DNA from: Thermoanaerobaculia bacterium
Lineage (GTDB): Bacteria; Acidobacteriota; Thermoanaerobaculia; Multivoradales; Multivoraceae
DNA length: 64,000 nucleotides
Assembly: GCA_963664405.1 (NCBI GenBank)
Contig: OY761158.1
Location: forward strand, 1,632,001-1,696,000
Direction of reading: 5' to 3'
Positions 1-9,943 of this stretch are shown one piece after another. Numbering within the stretch: the first letter of the stretch is position 1; each line of letters begins with the position of its first letter. Under the pieces are notes generated by a model. The model was not told the origin of the DNA. It saw only the letters and a list, made by a program, of their open reading frames with translations, and did no database searches. The translations under genes were made by a program, and so were the position numbers.

Positions 1-965
1 TCGTGGCACGCATACTCGTAGAGACGTTGGTCGGCTGCGGGCAAAGGCAGCGAGCCGCTGTAGGCAGCCGTCCGATCGGGGTCCTCGACGGTGAACTCGT
101 AGAGCAAGGAGTCTCTGTCGATACGGCGGAAGTGCTCTACCACGTGGAGTCCTTCGTAGGGCTCGCGTGGGCTGCGGAGAAAGCCTGTGGTGTCGACGAC
201 CAGGGTGTCGCCCTCCCACCAGCCGATCGAGTCTCCGCCCAGCGAGCGGAGCTCGGGTGCCACGTGCTTGACGGGGCGCCCCTCGGCGGCGAGACGCACG
301 ATGCGAGCCCAGTGCATCCACTCGATCAGGATCACCACATGGGTGTCGGTCTGGGTAATGGTCTTGAAGTTGTTGTAGGCCGAGGGACGCATCGGAACCG
401 TGCTCCCGCCGCTGTAGAGGCAGCGAGTGCCGAGGCTCTGCACTTCCGGGTGGTCGTAGAGGATCTTTCCTTCGTCGAGCCACCAGGCGCCGCCCGGATT
501 GTGGTTGTAGTTGCCGGGCCGTCGAGCTCGTTGCTCTTGGCCTTGTTGGGAGAGGGGAGGGAGGCGCCCATCGGGTGGGTCGGTGAGGATGGAGTTGCGG
601 TACTTGCCGTCGAAGGCGAAAGCACCGGTGCCGCGGTCCCACCAGAAAGTGTTGTGGCCACCGATGTTGCTCGCGTGCCCATCGCCCCCCACCGGAGGGG
701 CCGGACGATCGCCGTCGATGGGTGCGATCGACTTCTCATAGCTCGCCGCTGCGTTGTGGGCGATGCTCCTGGCCTCCTCTTCGCTGATGTACGGGGACTC
801 GCCGTACTTGGGCGCGCGTTGGAGGGGCGTCAGCCAGGCGATGTCGTAGGTGCCCTCCAGATCCGGCTTGCCGTCGGGCCTGCGTGGAATGTCCCCTTCG
901 GCAGCCAAGCTCGGCAGCGAGATCGCGCCGAGAAGCAAGCACAGGACCGTGTGTTTCATGTTCAT
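1..965 (-). CDS. Uncharacterised secreted 'ACHEGN-family' protein, copy 1 (3' end runs off the window)
   Basis: Read manually (not in the ORF track): MNMKHTVLCLLLGAISLPSLA signal peptide, GKPDLEG, GDSIGWWEGDTLVVDTT, and YEYACH at the window edge; paralog of 13237, 21046, 25180 and 57087. Confidence 0.85.
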   Translation of the reverse strand, partial: MNMKHTVLCLLLGAISLPSLAAEGDIPRRPDGKPDLEGTYDIAWLTPLQRAPKYGESPYISEEEARSIAHNAAASYEKSIAPIDGDRPAPPVGGDGHASNIGGHNTFWWDRGTGAFAFDGKYRNSILTDPPDGRLPPLSQQGQEQRARRPGNYNHNPGGAWWLDEGKILYDHPEVQSLGTRCLYSGGSTVPMRPSAYNNFKTITQTDTHVVILIEWMHWARIVRLAAEGRPVKHVAPELRSLGGDSIGWWEGDTLVVDTTGFLRSPREPYEGLHVVEHFRRIDRDSLLYEFTVEDPDRTAAYSGSLPLPAADQRLYEYACH

Positions 966-1022
966 TTTCGTCAATCCTTCTTCGCCATTGATTTCGACGC
1001 GAATGCGACCCTCCCTGCGCTC

Positions 1023-1808
1023 TCACAAATCCAGCTCTAAGCCTCCCGGCTCTTCCAGCTTGCGGACTTCCCACAGAAGCTCCGGCGGAAACACCTCCTC
1101 GTAGATGCGCTTCATCGTGACCTCGTAGTCCCACTCTGTCGACAAGGGGCGCCAAGCCAGCGCGTCGAGCTGGGCGCGGACGATTCGCCGCATCGAGGCG
1201 ATCGAGTCGCTAACGTCGACGAGGCCGATATCACGCATCGCGAGCATGAAGCCACTCACCCCCATGGTCCCGGTGACCGCATTTTTTAGCAAGGAAGAGA
1301 CTTCTCGTCGAGACAGTCCCGATGGCAGCACCAGGTCCCCACTCTCGAATGCCTCCACCAACACCGCCGACCTGACGCGAAGATAGTCCTTCCTTATCTC
1401 GACCGTCCGCTGCGTCTCCTGCGACGAGGCACGATCGACGATGTTTGCTGTGAGGGCGATGCTCCCTAAGCTAAAGGGGTGAGGGATAATGGCGTTGATC
1501 TCGGTGATAGCGACGAAGCGCTCGCGGGGCCGAGCGTCGAAGGCCTCCACCCGTCTTATCAAGAAGCGGCGCAGTTGAAGAAGCTGGGAGTAAAGCGCTA
1601 GCAGCACATCTTCCTTGGTGGGGAAGTACTTGTAGACCGTGGGTCGCGAGTATCCCGCCACCTTGGCGAGTCGCAGCATGGAGAGGGCGACGATCCCCTC
1701 CTCCGCCAGGATCTTTCGCGCCGCTGAAAGGATCTCCTCTCTGCGCCGAGCGCCTTCCCTCTCTCGACGAGCGACAGTCTTCTTCTCGAGATCGATCTCT
1801 GTCGTCAT
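1023..1808 (-). CDS. TetR/AcrR family transcriptional regulator
   Basis: N-terminal HTH LAKVAGYSRPTVYKYFPTKEDVL; paralog of 16613..17377. Confidence 0.9.
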   Translation of the reverse strand: MTTEIDLEKKTVARREREGARRREEILSAARKILAEEGIVALSMLRLAKVAGYSRPTVYKYFPTKEDVLLALYSQLLQLRRFLIRRVEAFDARPRERFVAITEINAIIPHPFSLGSIALTANIVDRASSQETQRTVEIRKDYLRVRSAVLVEAFESGDLVLPSGLSRREVSSLLKNAVTGTMGVSGFMLAMRDIGLVDVSDSIASMRRIVRAQLDALAWRPLSTEWDYEVTMKRIYEEVFPPELLWEVRKLEEPGGLELDL

Positions 1809-2032
1809 AGGGCGCTCCCCGCGTTGGCTCTACGGCACGCTGCGAATGCCGATCGGTGTCGAGCGCAGCGAAGAACTCAGAGTACCTCTCGGCTGACACC
1901 TTGACTCTAACACTGTGTAAGAATACAGTCTCATCTGTACCGCATCAAGCATGCGTGGAAGAACGAGGTCCGAACCGTATCCGCTCCTAGGCGGCTTTAC
2001 GTAGATCTCTCAGTAGCGAGCAAAGAACAATT

Positions 2033-4807
2033 ATGGAGAATCACAGCGTGAACACCACCACTCTCAAGGCCTTAGTCTCGATCCTCATCATGCTCGCATT
2101 CGCTCAGCTGCCGCTGTGGGCTGACGGTCCGCAGACAGGGGTGATCGAAGGCCGTGTGCTCGACGCGCAGGGCGGGGCCCTGCCCGGTGCCACGGTGACC
2201 CTGGCCGGTCCGCAGGGCGAGAAAACCGCGATCACCGATGACGCGGGTAAGTATCGTTTCTCGCTATTGCTGGATGGCGGCTACACCGTCACCGCCGAGC
2301 TGGAGGGGCTGGGTAAGGCCGAGGCTTCGACGTCCCTCAATGTCGGCGATCGCCGTGGCATCAATCTCACCCTGGCGGCGGGCACCGCGGAGACGATCAC
2401 CGTCACCTCCGAAGCCCCCCTGGTCAACAAGTACGAGACAGCGTCGACGGCGACACTCGATGCGGAGGTCGCGGAGGCGCTCTCGTTTAGCAGTCGCAAC
2501 TACATGGACAACATAGGACTTCTGCCTGGCGCAGTGGTCTCTGACCGACTCGCGACCCAGAATGGTTTTTCCGGCGGTCGCACCGGCGATTCCCTTACCT
2601 TCATGGAGGGCGTCGATGTCAGCCAAACCAGGCGCGGCGGTGAGTTTCGCATCAAGATACCGACTACGGCGGTCGCCCAGACCACCCTGCAGACCGCCGG
2701 ACTGGGAGCGGAGTACGGCCGGGCCTCCAATGGCCAGGCCAACACGGTGATCAAGACCGGCACCAACAACTTCCACGGCGAGGCCCTCTATATTGCGCAG
2801 AACCCCTCGTGGCGCGAGGACTGGCATACCGCCCCTTTCAGTGAGATCAAGAAGCCAGACGAGATTGTCAACAGCTTCGAGGTCTCCCTCGGTGGCCCGA
2901 TCTATCGCGATCGTGCGTGGTTCTTCGCCTCCAAGGCCAACACTTCCGAGAACAGATACAACTCGACGCAGGACGGCGTGGTATTCGACGTGAGCAACTA
3001 CGCCGATCCGCTCCTCGCCAAGCTCAACGGTCAACCTGGCGACAGTCATCAGCTCTCCTTTACCGTCATCAAGGCGCCGAACGAAGATGTCGCCGACGTC
3101 GGCAACCCGGGGGACCTGTTCGCCTTTAACGATACCCGCCGCGACAACGACGTGGTTACGCTGTCGTGGGACTACGCCGTAACCCCCTCCATCTTTCTGG
3201 AGTTCAAGGCTGCCGAGATCGAGGATACGCTGCGCAGAGGGTCGTTGATTACCCGCGAGATCGACCCCAATGCCCCTCCAGACTCCCCCAAGCGAACCGG
3301 ATTTCGCTATCACGACCTGGCCAGCGGCTTCAAGTACAACTTCAACGCACACGGAAACGGTAACGGTTTCGTAAGCGATCCCCGCGAGCAGCTCAATGCC
3401 GCGGCAACGATCTTCAGGGGCAACCACGAGCTCAGGGTCGGCGCCGACCGCCATGACCTGGGTGCTACCGTCACCGTAATTGTCGGCACCGAGTACGCCG
3501 GACGGGGCTACGACGAAAACTCGCCCACCGGCTTCGCGACTCCGGTAAGGAAACGGGTCTTCGAGCAGGCGACGGGGGAGCCCGAGGTCACCAGCGATCT
3601 CTCGACCTTCTACGTCCAGGATCGCATCGACATCGGAGACAAATGGGTCGTCACCGCTGGACTCCGTCTCGAGGACCAGGAGCTCTACGACAACCTCGGT
3701 GTACTGGTCAACGACTACAGTGAGCTGGCGCCTCGCTTGACTGCCGTTTACGACATGAGGGGCGCCGGCGAGCTCCTGCTCCGCGGCACCGCCGGGCGCT
3801 ACTACAACCTTTTCCTCCTGCAACTCCCGCTGGGGCAGTTCTTTCAAGGTGCAACCGGTCGCAACATCTACGACCAGTTCCTCTACAACCCCGTGAGCGG
3901 GGCCTACGACACCTTCCAGCGGACGGTCAACACGTCGGTCGACAGGGAAGCGGGGGCAAGCCTCACCCCCGAATTCCAGGACGCCTTCTCGGTCGGGGTC
4001 GATTGGCAGCTCAGCAACCTCTGGGTCGCCAAGGCACGCGTCGAATACAGGGAGAACAAGGACGTGTGGACGGTGTCGACGCAGTGGGACGACGCCGGTG
4101 AGCCCATCTTCGACCTTCGCACCTGGGACTCGGGAGGAGCACAGCAGATCGCCGACCGCTGGGGCGTTCCCTCTCCCGGCCGCATGTTCCGCGAGCACAA
4201 GGGGCTGGTGCTGGAGCTCAACCGTCGCATGCGCGACAACTGGACCGTGCGCGCCAACATCGCTTTCAACGACACCAAGGGCAATGTCGATAATCGGACC
4301 AACCGCGACGTCACCTTCGATGGTCTCGGCGGCCTCGAAGTGGGCACCTTGGTCTCCGACCTCACCAGCCGGTTCAGGGACGGCCGAGTCGCTCTCGCTT
4401 CCAATCGCGCGATCGTCTTCAACCTCGTCGGCATCAAGCGATGGCAGATCGGCAACCACAGCCTGAATACGGGCGCCTACTTGAGCTATCGCGAGGGCCA
4501 ACCCTGGGGGCTTCAGGCGAACGCCAACATGTTCAATCCGGAATCGCTCGAGACGCTGCGGGTACGTACCCTCTTGGAGTCCGCCGATACCAACCAGCTT
4601 CCGGACCCGACCGTTCTCAATCTCAATGCGAGTTGGGTCTTCCCGATCAAGGGATCTTTCGAAGGTCAGCTGGGTGTGGAAGTCTGGAACGCCACCAACG
4701 AGGACGCCCAGACCAATGTGAATGCTTTAAACGGCAACCCGAGGAGCGCCATCACCTCGTACGTGATTCCGCGCGAGTACCGGGTGAACGTAGGGATTCG
4801 CTTCTGA
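2033..4807 (+). CDS. TonB-dependent receptor, Oar-like (TBDR1)
   Basis: Signal peptide ending WA-DGPQTG, carboxypeptidase-regulatory-like domain (GGALPGATVTL), AEYGR...IKTGTNNFHG plug end, SLGGPIYRDRAWFF, C-terminal Phe. Confidence 0.92.
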   Translation: MENHSVNTTTLKALVSILIMLAFAQLPLWADGPQTGVIEGRVLDAQGGALPGATVTLAGPQGEKTAITDDAGKYRFSLLLDGGYTVTAELEGLGKAEASTSLNVGDRRGINLTLAAGTAETITVTSEAPLVNKYETASTATLDAEVAEALSFSSRNYMDNIGLLPGAVVSDRLATQNGFSGGRTGDSLTFMEGVDVSQTRRGGEFRIKIPTTAVAQTTLQTAGLGAEYGRASNGQANTVIKTGTNNFHGEALYIAQNPSWREDWHTAPFSEIKKPDEIVNSFEVSLGGPIYRDRAWFFASKANTSENRYNSTQDGVVFDVSNYADPLLAKLNGQPGDSHQLSFTVIKAPNEDVADVGNPGDLFAFNDTRRDNDVVTLSWDYAVTPSIFLEFKAAEIEDTLRRGSLITREIDPNAPPDSPKRTGFRYHDLASGFKYNFNAHGNGNGFVSDPREQLNAAATIFRGNHELRVGADRHDLGATVTVIVGTEYAGRGYDENSPTGFATPVRKRVFEQATGEPEVTSDLSTFYVQDRIDIGDKWVVTAGLRLEDQELYDNLGVLVNDYSELAPRLTAVYDMRGAGELLLRGTAGRYYNLFLLQLPLGQFFQGATGRNIYDQFLYNPVSGAYDTFQRTVNTSVDREAGASLTPEFQDAFSVGVDWQLSNLWVAKARVEYRENKDVWTVSTQWDDAGEPIFDLRTWDSGGAQQIADRWGVPSPGRMFREHKGLVLELNRRMRDNWTVRANIAFNDTKGNVDNRTNRDVTFDGLGGLEVGTLVSDLTSRFRDGRVALASNRAIVFNLVGIKRWQIGNHSLNTGAYLSYREGQPWGLQANANMFNPESLETLRVRTLLESADTNQLPDPTVLNLNASWVFPIKGSFEGQLGVEVWNATNEDAQTNVNALNGNPRSAITSYVIPREYRVNVGIRF

Positions 4808-4911
4808 CCTGGGTTGCAGTGACCAGCCGGTGACGGACGCCCGCGAGGGCTCCTCGCTATTCGTGGCGGACCCTCAGCTCTCAGTAGGGAATCCGTAGGG
4901 GGCTTCTCTCG

Positions 4912-6804
4912 ATTCTACGAACGCTGTCGGTCTGCATTGCGGCACTCTGTGCCCCCATCTCGGTCGGTGCGCAGGAGCCCTACTCGAGCGTAGTCCGGCG
5001 CAATACCCCGACTCGCGTCTACTGGGGCGACACCCATGTGCATACGGCACTGTCGGCAGACGCGATGAACGGGGGCACGCGTCTGGAGCCAGAGCAGGCC
5101 TACCGCTTCGCGCGTGGCGAGCAAGTCACCACCACGACTGGCCAACCGGTCAAGCTGCTGCGTCCGCTGGACTTCATCGTCGTCGCCGACCACGCCAACA
5201 ACATCGGCGCCGGCTTGGCGCGCCACAAGTTCGTGGTGGACCCGGCGTTTCGGCGTACCGAGATCGGGCGGGCCTGGCAGCGCGCCCTTCGCGATCTACG
5301 ACGCCGTAGCGACATCGATCAGCAGGAGCTCGAGAGCGGCCCACTGCTGACCGGGCACCGCCCGGGGAGGGTCTCGGTTCGGGACCAGCGATTCCGTCAG
5401 ACTGTCTGGCGCAAGATCACCAGCAACGCCGACCGGTACAACGAACCCGGTGTATTCACCGCCTTCATCGGTTACGAGTGGACACCGAGCGTGGCGTTGA
5501 CCGGGGGCCCTCATCGCATCGTGATCTTCAAGGACGGTGCGTCGATGGTGAACCGCGTGCTGCCCTTTACCTCTTATGACAGCTCCAAGGAGGAAGAGCT
5601 CTGGGCCTTCCTGGCGGAGTACGAGCGCAAGGTTGGCGGGGCAGTTCTCGCCATCCCGCACAACAGCAACCTCACCGGCGGTGAAATGTTCCGTTTACAG
5701 GACTCCTGGGGCCAGCCGCTCACAGCGGAGTACGGGCGACAGCGTTCGCTGTGGGAGCCGCTCCTCGAAGTTACCCAGATCAAGGGGGACAGCGAGACCC
5801 ACCCCTACCTCTCAGCCACCGACGAGTTTGCCGACTTCGAGACCTGGAATGGCTGGGGCGGAAGGCGCGGGTGCCGTCCGAGCCTGGACTGTTTGCCTGG
5901 CGGCCCCGCTACACGGTCGAACGAGCTGATTCAGTACGAGTACGCTCGCTCGGCGCTCAAGCTCGGCCTGGCGCAGCAGGCTCAAAATGGAGTCAATCCC
6001 TTCAAGTACGGCATGATCGGCAGCTCCGACTCGCATACCGCGCTGGCTTCCGTAGACGAAGACAACTTCTTCGGCAAGGTGACCAGCAGCGAACCGAGTG
6101 TGACGCGATTCTCGAACCAGTCTCCCACCAGCAACTGGGAGATGAGCGCGGCCGGCTACGCGGCGGTGTGGGCGACCGAGAACACGCGAGAGGCGCTCTT
6201 CGATGCGATGCGGCGAAGAGAAGTCTACGCCTCGACGGGTCCGCGCATGACGGTGCGCTTCTTCGGCGGTTGGGGCTTCGTGCCCGAAGACGCCCACCGC
6301 TCAAACCTCGCGCGCGTCGGTTACGAGAAGGGCGTGCCCATGGGTGCCGATCTCGCGCATGGTCCGTCGGGCCGATCGCCTACCTTCTTGATCCGTGCAG
6401 TGAAAGATCCCGACGGCGCGAACCTCGACCGAGCCCAGGTGATCAAGGGCTGGCGTGACCGAAGCGGCGAGCTCTACGAAAGGGTCTACGACGTTGCCCT
6501 GTCAGACGGGCGCAGCGTGGGTCGTGGGGGCAAGGTGGAGCCCGTCGGCAACACCGTCGATCTGACTAACGTCACCTATCTGAACAGCATCGGAGATCCG
6601 GAGCTGGCCGTGGTCTGGCAGGATCCCGACTTCGACCCCGACGAGCACGCGTTCTACTACCTACGCGTCCTCGAGATTCCCACCCCGCGCTGGACGGCGT
6701 ACGACGTCAAGCGCTTCGGCCTGGAAGATGTGCCAGAGGAGGTGCCGATGATCACCCAGGAGCGGGCCTACAGCTCTCCGATCTGGTACACCGCAGAGGA
6801 GTAG
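4912..6804 (+). CDS. DUF3604 domain protein (PHP-like metallohydrolase), secreted; start codon uncertain
   Basis: YWGDTHVHT, VADH, IPHNSN, EVTQIKGDSETHP, IGSSDSH, QERAYSSPIWY; frame stays open back to 4888 with a signal-peptide-like stretch and no ATG/GTG/TTG before the catalytic motif. Confidence 0.85.
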   Translation: MLRTLSVCIAALCAPISVGAQEPYSSVVRRNTPTRVYWGDTHVHTALSADAMNGGTRLEPEQAYRFARGEQVTTTTGQPVKLLRPLDFIVVADHANNIGAGLARHKFVVDPAFRRTEIGRAWQRALRDLRRRSDIDQQELESGPLLTGHRPGRVSVRDQRFRQTVWRKITSNADRYNEPGVFTAFIGYEWTPSVALTGGPHRIVIFKDGASMVNRVLPFTSYDSSKEEELWAFLAEYERKVGGAVLAIPHNSNLTGGEMFRLQDSWGQPLTAEYGRQRSLWEPLLEVTQIKGDSETHPYLSATDEFADFETWNGWGGRRGCRPSLDCLPGGPATRSNELIQYEYARSALKLGLAQQAQNGVNPFKYGMIGSSDSHTALASVDEDNFFGKVTSSEPSVTRFSNQSPTSNWEMSAAGYAAVWATENTREALFDAMRRREVYASTGPRMTVRFFGGWGFVPEDAHRSNLARVGYEKGVPMGADLAHGPSGRSPTFLIRAVKDPDGANLDRAQVIKGWRDRSGELYERVYDVALSDGRSVGRGGKVEPVGNTVDLTNVTYLNSIGDPELAVVWQDPDFDPDEHAFYYLRVLEIPTPRWTAYDVKRFGLEDVPEEVPMITQERAYSSPIWYTAEE

Positions 6805-6808
6805 CCAC

Positions 6809-8074
6809 ATGAACACGAACATCAGTCGCCGTCACTTCCTCACCAGCCTCGGGGCGAGCGGGGCCGCCCTCGCCGCCAGCGGGGCCCGCTTCGCTTCGCC
6901 CGCCGCCGCCGCGATCCCGGGTGAGCGCCTCACCATCCACTCGGTCGACTGCTACCCGGTGAAGCTGTGGTCGGGAGCTCCTGCCCTCAGCACTTTCCCT
7001 TCGCGCCGCGGCGCCATCACCTCCGACTTCGACCCACGTCGCTGGCTCCCCTCGGGCCCCTTCGGGCAGCTGGGAGGTGCGACGGTGGTGGTGATTCGCA
7101 CCGACCAGGGGGTGACCGGTTACGGGTTGGGGTGTGGTGGGGCCGCCGCGGCCACCATCATCCACGGCCATCTACGTGATCTCCTGGTGGGGGCCGACGC
7201 ACGCAATGTCGAGATGCTGTGGGAGCAGCTCTACGGGTCGGGACTAGCCTACGGTCGGCGCGGTGTTTTTGTCATGGCTCTGAGTGGCATCGACAACGCG
7301 CTGTGGGACATCGCGGGCAAGGCCGCGGGCCTGCCGGTATGGCGCTTGCTGGGCGGCGTCCACAAAGAGCGGGTGCCGGCCTACTACACCGGGACTCTGG
7401 TCGAGCGGGGCCTGGACATGGGCTTCGAGAACTTCAAGCTGACGGGAATGCCGGCGATGTCGGAGGGGCGGGAGACGATGGCCCGCCTGCAGTCGGTGCT
7501 CGAGGAGGTGAGAGGCCAGATCGGCGACGAGCGCCGGCTGATGATCGACTGCTCGATGAAGTGGAACGACGTCGAGTTCACCATGGAGATGCACGATCGC
7601 CTGGCGCATCTCGGTCTCTACTTCATCGAGGAGCCGCTCTCGGCCGACGACATCCTGGGCTACGCCGAGCTCGTGCGACGTTTCGAAGGGCCGCTGGTGG
7701 CCTCCGGCGAGCACGAGTACACCCACTTCGGCTTCGAGATGCTCTTTCATCACGAAGCGGTCCAGGTCGTCCAGCCCGATGTCAGCTGGTGCGGCGGCAT
7801 CACCTCGCTGCGACGCATCAGCGTGATGGCCGAAGAGCGCGGCCTACCCTTCATCCCGCACCGTGGCGGCAGTCTCTTCGGCCTTCCCCTCGTTCTGACC
7901 TCTTCGAACGCGCCCATGGCCGAGAGCTTTGGCACCTTGGACGATGCAGCCAACGATCTGATGCTCGCCATGACCTCGCCCTTCGAGAGCGGACACTACC
8001 TGGCACCTTCCGGCCCTGGCTTCGGTACCGAGATCACCGAGGATCTGGTCAGGCGCCACCTGGCACCGGCATAA
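6809..8074 (+). CDS. Mandelate racemase/muconate lactonizing (enolase superfamily) enzyme, rhamnonate-dehydratase-like, Tat-exported
   Basis: SRRHFL Tat motif; SGIDNALWDIAGK, MID, IEEP, SGEHEYT, QPD, IPH, GPGFG. Confidence 0.85.
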   Translation: MNTNISRRHFLTSLGASGAALAASGARFASPAAAAIPGERLTIHSVDCYPVKLWSGAPALSTFPSRRGAITSDFDPRRWLPSGPFGQLGGATVVVIRTDQGVTGYGLGCGGAAAATIIHGHLRDLLVGADARNVEMLWEQLYGSGLAYGRRGVFVMALSGIDNALWDIAGKAAGLPVWRLLGGVHKERVPAYYTGTLVERGLDMGFENFKLTGMPAMSEGRETMARLQSVLEEVRGQIGDERRLMIDCSMKWNDVEFTMEMHDRLAHLGLYFIEEPLSADDILGYAELVRRFEGPLVASGEHEYTHFGFEMLFHHEAVQVVQPDVSWCGGITSLRRISVMAEERGLPFIPHRGGSLFGLPLVLTSSNAPMAESFGTLDDAANDLMLAMTSPFESGHYLAPSGPGFGTEITEDLVRRHLAPA

Positions 8075-8088
8075 GGAGTAACTACGCA

Positions 8089-9900
8089 ATGAGGAAACCT
8101 CTCGTATCGCCAAGCCTGCTGTTCGCAGCGTGTGCAGTTCTTTCAGTGGCCGCGGGGCCGGTCGTACCCCAAGCCGCATCGGGGCCCGACTTCGTTCCGG
8201 TAACCGACGCCATGCTGCAGAGCCCGAGCGACGACGACTGGCTGATGTGGCGGCGCACCCTCGACAGCTGGGCCTACAGCCCGCTAGACCAGATCAACCG
8301 CGAGAACGTGGGGGATCTCGCCCTGGTCTGGGCTCGAGGCATGACGGCCGGCATCCAGACCGGGACGCCGCTGGTCTACAACGGTGTCCTGTACATGCCG
8401 AACCCGAAGGATGTGATTCAAGCGATCGATGCGGTGACCGGCGACCTCATCTGGGAGTATCGCCGCGAGGTCCCGGACGACATCATGGGCTACCTCGGCG
8501 CCCTCGCCGAGAACAACCGCAACCTCGCGATCTACGACAATCTGATCATCGATACCAGCGTAGACGACTACATCTTCGCCCTCGACGCGAGAACGGGGGA
8601 GCTGGTCTGGGAGACCCAGATCCTCGATTACAAGAAGAAACCGGCGACTCAGGGCTCCGGCCCCATCATCGCCGACGGCAGAGCGATCTCGGGGCGCAGT
8701 TGCCGGCCGCTCGGTGGGCCGGACGCCTGTGTTATCACTGCGCACGACGCGAAAACCGGCAAGGAGCTGTGGCGGCGGCGGACCATTCCGGCGCCAGGCG
8801 AGCCTGGCAACGAGACCTGGGGTGACGTGCCCTTCGAAGAGCGAAAGCACGTCGGCAGCTGGACGGCGGCGAGCTACGATCCCCAGCTCGAGCTCATCTA
8901 TATGGGAACATCGGTGACTTCGCCGGCGCCGAAGTTCCTTCTGGGTGGCACTAATCTCAAGCACCTCTACCACAACTCGACCCTCGCGCTCGAGGTAGAT
9001 ACCGGGGAGATCAACTGGTACTACCAGCATCTCAACGACCACTGGGATTTAGACCATCCCTTCGAGCGCATCCTGGTCGACACCGCGGTGTCGCCCGACC
9101 GCAATGAAGTACCGTGGATCAATCCGCGTGTGCAGGCCGGTGAGGTCCGCAAAGTCATGACCGGGATTCCGGGCAAGACGGGTGTGGTCTACACCATCGA
9201 CCGCGAGACCGGGGAGTTTCTGTGGGCTACACCGACGGTGCCGCAGAACGTAATCAGCAACATAGACGGGGCCACGGGCGCCGTGACCGAGAACGAAGAA
9301 ACGGTCTTCACTGAGTTGGGGCAGACAATTCTGGTCTGCCCCACCTATGCAGGCGGTAGGGGCCCACAGGCCGGCGCTTACAGTCCGCTGACGAATATGA
9401 TCTACAACCCCTTACGCAACGCTTGCGCGCAGATGACTTCTGACCTTGCCGGGCGACTCCCCATCTACGCGCTCGACGCCACCCACCAGATGGCACCCGG
9501 CTTCGAGCTGCTGGGAAATGTTCGGGCGGTTTCGGTGGAGACCGGCAAGACAGCTTGGATCTACGAGCAGCCGGCCGCCACTATGTCGATCTTCACCAGC
9601 GGGGGCGGGCTGGTGTTCGGCGGGGACGTGAAGGGACGTTTCCGGGCCTGGGACCAGGAGACAGGCGAGGTGCTGTGGGAGGTCAATCTCGGCGCGATGG
9701 TCTCCGGCTATCCAATCAGCTATGGCGTCGACGGACGCCAATATATCGTCGCCTCGACCGGTAAATCGGTGCAGGGAATGAACGTCGAGGGGATCACGCC
9801 CACGGCCACCACGGTAACCGGCGATTCCTCCAGGGGCCTGCCCTCGAGGTACCCGAACAACCTCTTCGTATTCGCACTCCCTCGGTCAGCCAGTGAGTGA
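8089..9900 (+). CDS. PQQ-dependent dehydrogenase, alcohol-dehydrogenase-like beta-propeller
   Basis: AGGAG SD then ATG 8089; YSPLDQINRENV, WARGM, DHWDLD, GDVKGRFRAWDQETGEVLW, PISYGVDGRQYI. Confidence 0.88.
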   Translation: MRKPLVSPSLLFAACAVLSVAAGPVVPQAASGPDFVPVTDAMLQSPSDDDWLMWRRTLDSWAYSPLDQINRENVGDLALVWARGMTAGIQTGTPLVYNGVLYMPNPKDVIQAIDAVTGDLIWEYRREVPDDIMGYLGALAENNRNLAIYDNLIIDTSVDDYIFALDARTGELVWETQILDYKKKPATQGSGPIIADGRAISGRSCRPLGGPDACVITAHDAKTGKELWRRRTIPAPGEPGNETWGDVPFEERKHVGSWTAASYDPQLELIYMGTSVTSPAPKFLLGGTNLKHLYHNSTLALEVDTGEINWYYQHLNDHWDLDHPFERILVDTAVSPDRNEVPWINPRVQAGEVRKVMTGIPGKTGVVYTIDRETGEFLWATPTVPQNVISNIDGATGAVTENEETVFTELGQTILVCPTYAGGRGPQAGAYSPLTNMIYNPLRNACAQMTSDLAGRLPIYALDATHQMAPGFELLGNVRAVSVETGKTAWIYEQPAATMSIFTSGGGLVFGGDVKGRFRAWDQETGEVLWEVNLGAMVSGYPISYGVDGRQYIVASTGKSVQGMNVEGITPTATTVTGDSSRGLPSRYPNNLFVFALPRSASE

Positions 9901-9943
9901 CGCGTCTGAAAGTACGGTCCGACCACCCGTATTACCGCACATC

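Noticed and set aside
2264-4501. Long antisense ORFs opposite TBDRs and other genes (e.g. 745, 502, 558 and 522 aa; 3..1040)
   Set aside because: Shadow frames typical of high-GC coding DNA; no motifs, and the opposite strand has clear family signatures
7219-8088. 893-aa ORF suggesting an N-terminally extended PQQ enzyme
   Set aside because: The extension overlaps the MR/MLE gene out of frame; SD, ATG and signal peptide are at 8089
9030-9070. Lanthanide-dependent (XoxF/ExaF-type) assignment from the DxD in WDLD
   Set aside because: WDxD also occurs in glucose-DH-type enzymes, and the vicinal Cys-Cys ring is absent; not diagnostic
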